64,000 nt of DNA, taken from a virus (lineage: Duplodnaviria > Caudoviricetes). Shown piece by piece: positions 57,300 through 64,000 of the stretch. Position numbers and translations under genes: made by a program. The notes under the pieces were generated by a model. It saw only the letters and a list, made by a program, of their open reading frames with translations. It was not told where the DNA came from and did no database searches. The stretch lies in the IMG/VR virus record IMGVR_UViG_2600255250_000001, positions 17,742-81,741 of that record; one strand, 5' to 3'. Every line of letters starts with the position of its first letter. The first letter of the stretch is position 1.

Positions 57300-57826
57300 T
57301 CCTAACACAGGAAATCCTGCTTCAGCTTCTCACCTATGATCCCGAAACAGGAAAGCTTCGGTGGCGTGAGAGGCCTGAGTCTCTCTGTAAATCACGCCAG
57401 TCTTGGCGAGCCTTCAACTCACGATGGGCTGGCGAGGACGCATTCACAACCATCGGCAAGAACGGCTATCACAATGGCTCCATCTTCGGAAAGAAGATGT
57501 ACGCCCATCGTGTCATCTGGATGATGGTCTACGGTTATTGGCCTGACGAAGTGGACCATGATGATGGCGTGAGGCCGAACAATATCCTCACCAATCTGAA
57601 AGATAAAGACCACGCTGGAAATATGCAGAATATGACGAAGCGTGAGGACAACAGCAGCGGCCAAACGGGTGTTTCGTGGGACCAGCACCGCCAGAGATGG
57701 CAAGTCCACATTACTCACAACAAGAAACACATAGCTCTAGGTCGGTTCGTCTCAAAGGACGAGGCCATCTCTCGTTATAGGGAGAAGAAAACCACTTTGG
57801 GCCTCTCTGAGCGGCACGGCACCTAA
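57296..57826 (+). CDS. HNH endonuclease with AP2-like C-terminus
   Basis: YDPETGKLRW, AHRVIW, VDHDDGVRPNN, NSSGQTGV. Confidence 0.85.
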   Translation: MILTQEILLQLLTYDPETGKLRWRERPESLCKSRQSWRAFNSRWAGEDAFTTIGKNGYHNGSIFGKKMYAHRVIWMMVYGYWPDEVDHDDGVRPNNILTNLKDKDHAGNMQNMTKREDNSSGQTGVSWDQHRQRWQVHITHNKKHIALGRFVSKDEAISRYREKKTTLGLSERHGT

Positions 57827-57845
57827 CCAATCAAGGATCAACTAT

Positions 57846-59917
57846 ATGCTTATCGCGCAACAAGACTTTGTCGCCCAAACGGGTGGCATTTCCGAGACCA
57901 AAGCCTTTGGTTTTGAAATGAATGGCTTCGCATTCCATACGGTGATCTCTGGCATCTATGCAGATAAACTGCGGGCTCCGTTCCGAGAGCTGGCAACCAA
58001 CGCCAGAGACGGCCATGCTGCCAAGGGCAACCTCTACCAGCCCTTCGATGTCTTCTTACCGTCGAAGTTGGACCCGACATTCAAAGTGCGTGACTACGGT
58101 ATATCGCTCAGCCACGAAGAGATCATGGGCATCTACACGACCATGTTCGCTTCGACTAAGCGTGGCTCGAACGAAGCCACGGGGATGATCGGTCTGGGGT
58201 CCAAGTCGCCCTTTGCTTATACATCGGTCTTCACCGTTATCGCCTACCTCGGTGACTACAAGCGGACCTACTCGGCCTTCATCGGCACAGATGGTGTCCC
58301 ACAGATCGCCTTGCTCGACATGTGTCAAACCACTGAGCCTGATGGCGTTGAGGTATCGTTCCCTGTCAAGGTCGAGGACGTGGACAAGTTCCGCAACATC
58401 GCTCCCGACGTGCTCTTCGGCTTCGATCCTTTCCCCAACATCTTGAATGAGCAATTCGTTCGTCCAGCCCCGGTGACCCTCTACCAGGGGATGGCTGGAC
58501 TCTCTACGATGCTAAGACTGTACCGTTTGGAGCCAAACTCATGGCTCGGCAAGGTGGGGTCTGCTATCCGATCTCGCCGACCTCGCTCAGCATCACAAGC
58601 ACACTCTTCAACTGGCCCGTCGTCATCGACTTCCCGATTGGTGACCTGTCAGTTGCCACCTCTCGCGAAGCTCTCGGCTACGACAGTCGCACTATAGCGG
58701 CCATCACCAAGCGGATCGACGAGACTGTGCTGGGCATGACCGAGCTGCTGAAGGATGAGGTCAGCGCTGCCGCCAGCTACCTCGAAGCCTGCAATATCCT
58801 GGCTGAAGGCAAGCATCACAATAGCCCTAAGAAGCCTCTGTTCGACCTTGTCGGCGCTCACCTGACCTGGGGCGGGAAGCCGCTCGTGGAGAAGATCCGG
58901 TGCCGCTCATCCTGGATCGGTGCTCACGGTGCCGAGCTGCGGCCCAGCAAAATCGCGATGGGTCAGCTGCGCAAGTCTGTCGCTCACAGGCCCCAGTCGG
59001 TCAGCGAGATCTTCGCCAGCCCCAAGGAGATGATGGAGACCTTGGTCTACGTCGAGTTCGAGGGCCTCAGGTTCGGCCCCTCCCGGATGCGACAGGCCAT
59101 TCTCGACAACACCGACAAGAAGGACATCCTGTGGATCAGGGCGACCAACCTGACCACGTTGGCGCCGCTCATCGAGGGGCTTGGCGGGCCTGAGTGGACC
59201 GACCTGGGTGTGGTTCCGCCGCTCAAGTGGGAGAAGGGTCCAAAGACCGCAGCCAGGAAGCTTCAATATCTGTCGCCGGCGGGGTCGGTTTATCGCCAAT
59301 ATGAGCTGATCGCGACGTATGACACAGTCGTGCCTACTGACGAGATGTTCTACGTCAAGCAGGACTCAGCCGATTTTGATCTGAACGGCAAGACGGTCAG
59401 CAAGAAGGACCTTCACAACGCGATCAACAATCTGATGAAGGCCGGCGTCATCCCGCGTGGCGAGAAGGTCTATCTCCTTAATAAGGCGGCTCAGAAAGTT
59501 CTCGACACCGTGGACATGATCGACCTGAGCGTCTTCGCCAAGGAGAAGCTGGCCGATATGGTCGACGCCACAAGCCTGCGCCTGCCTGACGCTAGCTGGC
59601 AGGCTAGGGAGCGGGTCGACAAGTGCCAGAAGGTGCTGAGCGCCGAGGTGCCAGTTCCAGCCGAGATCCTCTCTGTCTGCAACCTGGTTGTCGACGACGC
59701 GGCAGGCCCGAAGGCCACGTTGGCGTCGGATAGTCCTCTGATGGAGGTCTACCGGAGGTACTACCCCGCCGAGTACGCAGCCGCATCTTCGAGGGCCGAC
59801 CCCGTCGTCCAGGCCTACCACGAAATGCTGGAGACCTATCCGCTGCTCAATCACACGATCTCATACCCAACCAAATTCAACCACTACATGGCTTTGCTGG
59901 TCAACCAGTGCCCTTAG
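57846..59917 (+). pseudogene. rIIA: rIIA-like protein (GHKL ATPase N-term), split by 1-nt frameshift near 58487
   Basis: IY..LRAPFRELATNARD, VRDYG, STKRGSN, GLGSKSPFAY; adding one G joins the two ORFs; may be a sequencing error. Confidence 0.8.
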
Positions 59918-60441
59918 AGCAATCGGTCCTCCAAGAGCTTCTAGATTATGACCCAGTTACAGGACGGCTCACCTGGAAACGTCGTGACCTGAAGTGGTTC
60001 AAAGCTGAGCGTTGGCAGAAGCGGTGGAACACTCGACACGCTGGAAAAGAAGCTTTCACCTCGATTAACAACCGAGGCTATCTGTCAGGGTGCTTGTTGG
60101 GAAAGAAGGTTCTTTCTCAGCGAGTCATTTGGATCTGGATGACCGGTGAAATTCCTGTTGAGGTTGATCACGAGGATGGCGTCCGAACCAACAATCGCTG
60201 GACGAACCTTTTCAACAAATCCCACCAGGATAATAGCCGAAACCAGCGACTTCGGAATACCAACTCCTCGGGTTTCATGGGAGTCCACTTCAACACGAAG
60301 TGGGGAAAATATGTCGCCCAAATCCGTGAAGGCACGGTTCTACATCTCGGCGCCTTCGACACAGCCGAGGCTGCTTCAGCAGTCTATGAGAAGGCAAAAA
60401 TTGCTTTCGGATACCACTCAAACCATGGACGACAAATATGA
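59908..60441 (+). CDS. HNH endonuclease with AP2-like C-terminus
   Basis: LLDYDPVTG, VDHEDGVRTNNRWTNL, NSSGFMGV. Confidence 0.85.
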   Translation: MPLEQSVLQELLDYDPVTGRLTWKRRDLKWFKAERWQKRWNTRHAGKEAFTSINNRGYLSGCLLGKKVLSQRVIWIWMTGEIPVEVDHEDGVRTNNRWTNLFNKSHQDNSRNQRLRNTNSSGFMGVHFNTKWGKYVAQIREGTVLHLGAFDTAEAASAVYEKAKIAFGYHSNHGRQI

Positions 60442-61202
60442 ACGCAATCCCATACACCATCTCCCGTGACGCCCTCACGGTCTTCCTTCAGGGCGTGCCT
60501 CATTCCATGGACGACAGCCACCCGAACTACACCCAGGTCCGGGACATGCTCGGCACCGATCTCGACGAGGATGAGCTGATAAAGCTCGTCTCCTATCGCG
60601 AGGAGCTGAAGGCGATTACCGACAACTACGGTGATGTATCAGTCGGCGTGGACTGCGTCCTTTACAAGGGTAGGGCAGTCTCCACCTACCTGACCCAGAG
60701 CATGCTGACCCTGATGGGTCTCGGCAAGGACATCGGCCCTTGGGCTCGGTTCATGGACAAGCTCTATCTAAACCCGTCGAAGACGGCGGTTGATGAGCTG
60801 TTCCTGTGGCTGGAGAAGGCCAACATGCCGATCACCACCAACGGCAACTTCCTCGCCTACAAGAAGGTCAGGGACGACTACACCTCGTTCCAGCTAAACC
60901 CCGATGGCACCAGTGTCGACAACCGCGTCGGCGCCAGCCCCTCGATGCCTCGCAACGAAGTCGACGATAACCGCGACAAGCACTGTAGCGCCGGCCTGCA
61001 CTTTTGCTCTTGGCACTACCTGCCTCACTACAGGGGCGGTCAGGGCAAGGTCATAATCGTCGAGGTCAACCCGGCCGACGTGGTGGCGATCACCGCCGAC
61101 TATCAGAACTCCAAGGGCAGGGCCTGGACCTACAAGGTGGTCGGAGAAATCGACCAGGTCCACACCGAGTTCGCCTTCGCGGGAGTACCGCTCGCCGACT
61201 AA
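60438..61202 (+). CDS. rIIB: rIIB-like protein
   Basis: NPS..AVDELF, GNFLAYKKVR, CSAGLHF, VNPADVV..DY..KGR. Confidence 0.88.
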   Translation: MNAIPYTISRDALTVFLQGVPHSMDDSHPNYTQVRDMLGTDLDEDELIKLVSYREELKAITDNYGDVSVGVDCVLYKGRAVSTYLTQSMLTLMGLGKDIGPWARFMDKLYLNPSKTAVDELFLWLEKANMPITTNGNFLAYKKVRDDYTSFQLNPDGTSVDNRVGASPSMPRNEVDDNRDKHCSAGLHFCSWHYLPHYRGGQGKVIIVEVNPADVVAITADYQNSKGRAWTYKVVGEIDQVHTEFAFAGVPLAD

Positions 61203-61225
61203 CCCCCCGTACTTCCCACCCCTGC

Positions 61226-61256
61226 AAAGGCTCGCTTCGGCGGGCCTTTTGCTTTT
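61226..61256 (+). terminator. Intrinsic terminator
   Basis: AAAGGCTCGC-TTCG-GCGGGCCTTTT. Confidence 0.8.
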
Positions 61257-61273
61257 ATGAGGAACTTTCCAGA

Positions 61274-61992
61274 ATGCACTTCCATTTGACGGAGGTGAGT
61301 ACGAACAGCAAAACAGGCCCAATCCCCGTAGCCACAGTTTCGAACGAAAGTTGTCCGACGAGCTGTCCGCTGCTCGGCGCCGGCTGCTACGCGGAAAACG
61401 GCCCTCTTCGTATTCACTGGGACGCGGTGACGAAAAAACAAAAAGGATGGAATTCGAAGAATTTACTAAAAGGGTTAGAAAGTTGCCACGTCATGGGCTT
61501 TGGAGGTATGGACAAGCGGGTGACTTACCGGGGGAGGGTGATACAATTGATCCAGTTCAACTAATTGAGTTGGCCAAAGCGAACCAGAACCGACCGGTGA
61601 TCGCCTTCACCCACAAGCCTCCAACGGAGGAAAATTTGGAAGCACTCCAACAGGCTTCCGACCTGGGGTTCAAGGTCAATCTGTCCGCCGACAACATGGC
61701 GGAAGCCGATGAATTCTGTGATCTGGGGGTTTCGGTCGTCGTCGTCCTACCACTTGAGTATTCGAGAAAGACCAAGGGTAAAGAGTGGCTGGAAACGATT
61801 ACCGCTTATAAGGAGAGAACAAAATCTCTCCCAAAAACCACGCCAAAGAAAAGGCGAATTGCTGTTTGCCCAGCAACCTATACCGACACTCGTTGCAGTG
61901 AGTGCCGGATATGCTCAAACCATGAAAGAAACGGGATAGTCGTCGGGTTCCCCGTCCATGGGTCGAGAAAACTAAAGATTAAAACAGGGTAA
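61274..61992 (+). pseudogene. Cys-rich phage protein split by frameshift near 61446
   Basis: NSKTGPIPV, CPTSCP..CYA / LWRYGQAGDL, VNLSAD, CPA..CSECRIC..VGFPVHG. Confidence 0.65.
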
Positions 61993-62048
61993 AATGCGGT
62001 GGATCAACTTCACCTGGGTGAACAACACCCGAAACATTGAGGCATGAA

Positions 62049-62270
62049 ATGAGTAGCGTAATCGATGCACTAACAGCGGAGGTGATAAACAACCTCTTAC
62101 GAGAGCTTGCGTCAGAACTAGACCTCCACTACGAAGAGGGTGATTTCTTCGCCCTAACGCCGACCCTCGATCGAATGAAGGCTGCCGCCACGCTGGTTGA
62201 GAAGAACGGCTTCGAACTTCCTGACAGCTACCGACACATCCTTCGTCGCTATAATATGCAACGCCAATAA
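62049..62270 (+). CDS. Hypothetical protein
   Basis: GAGG RBS. Confidence 0.5.
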   Translation: MSSVIDALTAEVINNLLRELASELDLHYEEGDFFALTPTLDRMKAAATLVEKNGFELPDSYRHILRRYNMQRQ

Positions 62271-62776
62271 TATAAGAGGTGGCTAATCTGCCCGCTTTTT
62301 TATCACAAAGATTGATATTTGTTCTGGTAGTACCAAAACGCTCTTGCTCTTTGTTTCACGCTGTAACATAAGCGTTAACAGGGCTTCGAAACCCGGATCG
62401 CAATAGAGGGCACCCTGTGCTCTCGAACTCGTGGCGTCACTTGGCGGTGTCGCCCAAACCTGGCTTTGGCCGGGGGCGGTGCGTCATGTCCAGGCGAGAG
62501 CTAAAAGCCACCGGCTTGTCTTGCGACAAGTTTCGAACCCCCGGCTCGGGGGCCGAGTAAGCAGTGAAACTTTTCCTCGCAACCTCTTGGGACCGTTGCA
62601 AAAATGTACCTAGTACTGTCGGATATTGCGCCTCAGCTTCAGGTGTCGACGAGGACTCTCGCCTACTGGGCACAGAGAGGTATGCTTCCCGGAGCTATTA
62701 AACTGGGACGTATATGGAAGGTAAGGTCTCGCGAATACCACCTTTGGCTCAATCAAAAGCATGAAGCAGGCATCCC

Positions 62777-64000
<1,224 letters not shown>

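Noticed and set aside
62305-62360. Alphaproteobacterial LexA box upstream of xis/int
   Set aside because: Only partial matches to GTTC-N7-GTTC

Overview
The whole window is the right-hand ~64 kb of a large temperate siphovirus prophage in an alphaproteobacterial (probably rhizobial) host; its left end lies outside the window. It is integrated at a tRNA-Pro(TGG) at the extreme right. From left to right it contains: a nucleotide-metabolism cluster (HD nucleotidase, dATP/dGTP diphosphohydrolase-like, MazG-like, class II ribonucleotide reductase); a minus-strand late operon (lysis, lambda-like tail tip, tape measure, frameshifted tail chaperone, tube, neck, capsid, protease, SGNH fibre, portal, terminase); a Prim-Pol/SF3 helicase; and a long plus-strand early/accessory region ending in xis/int. 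That accessory region holds RtcB, four tRNA or tRNA-like genes with non-canonical loops, several candidate structured RNAs, two copies of an uncharacterised 'SCM-motif protein + M28 peptidase' pair, a small alarmone hydrolase and rIIA/rIIB. About 11 intact or decayed HNH endonuclease genes are scattered throughout. Best candidates for new biology: (1) RtcB plus tRNA-Glu-like genes sharing an 8-nt anticodon loop and bulged T-stem, with nearby tRNA-like and pseudoknot RNAs; (2) the duplicated SCM/M28 module; (3) an integrase whose reading frame runs through the att site and host tRNA. Six small frameshifts between 48 and 62 kb may be sequencing errors, which tempers claims resting on single-base indels. 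All family calls come from motif recognition by eye, not from database searches.
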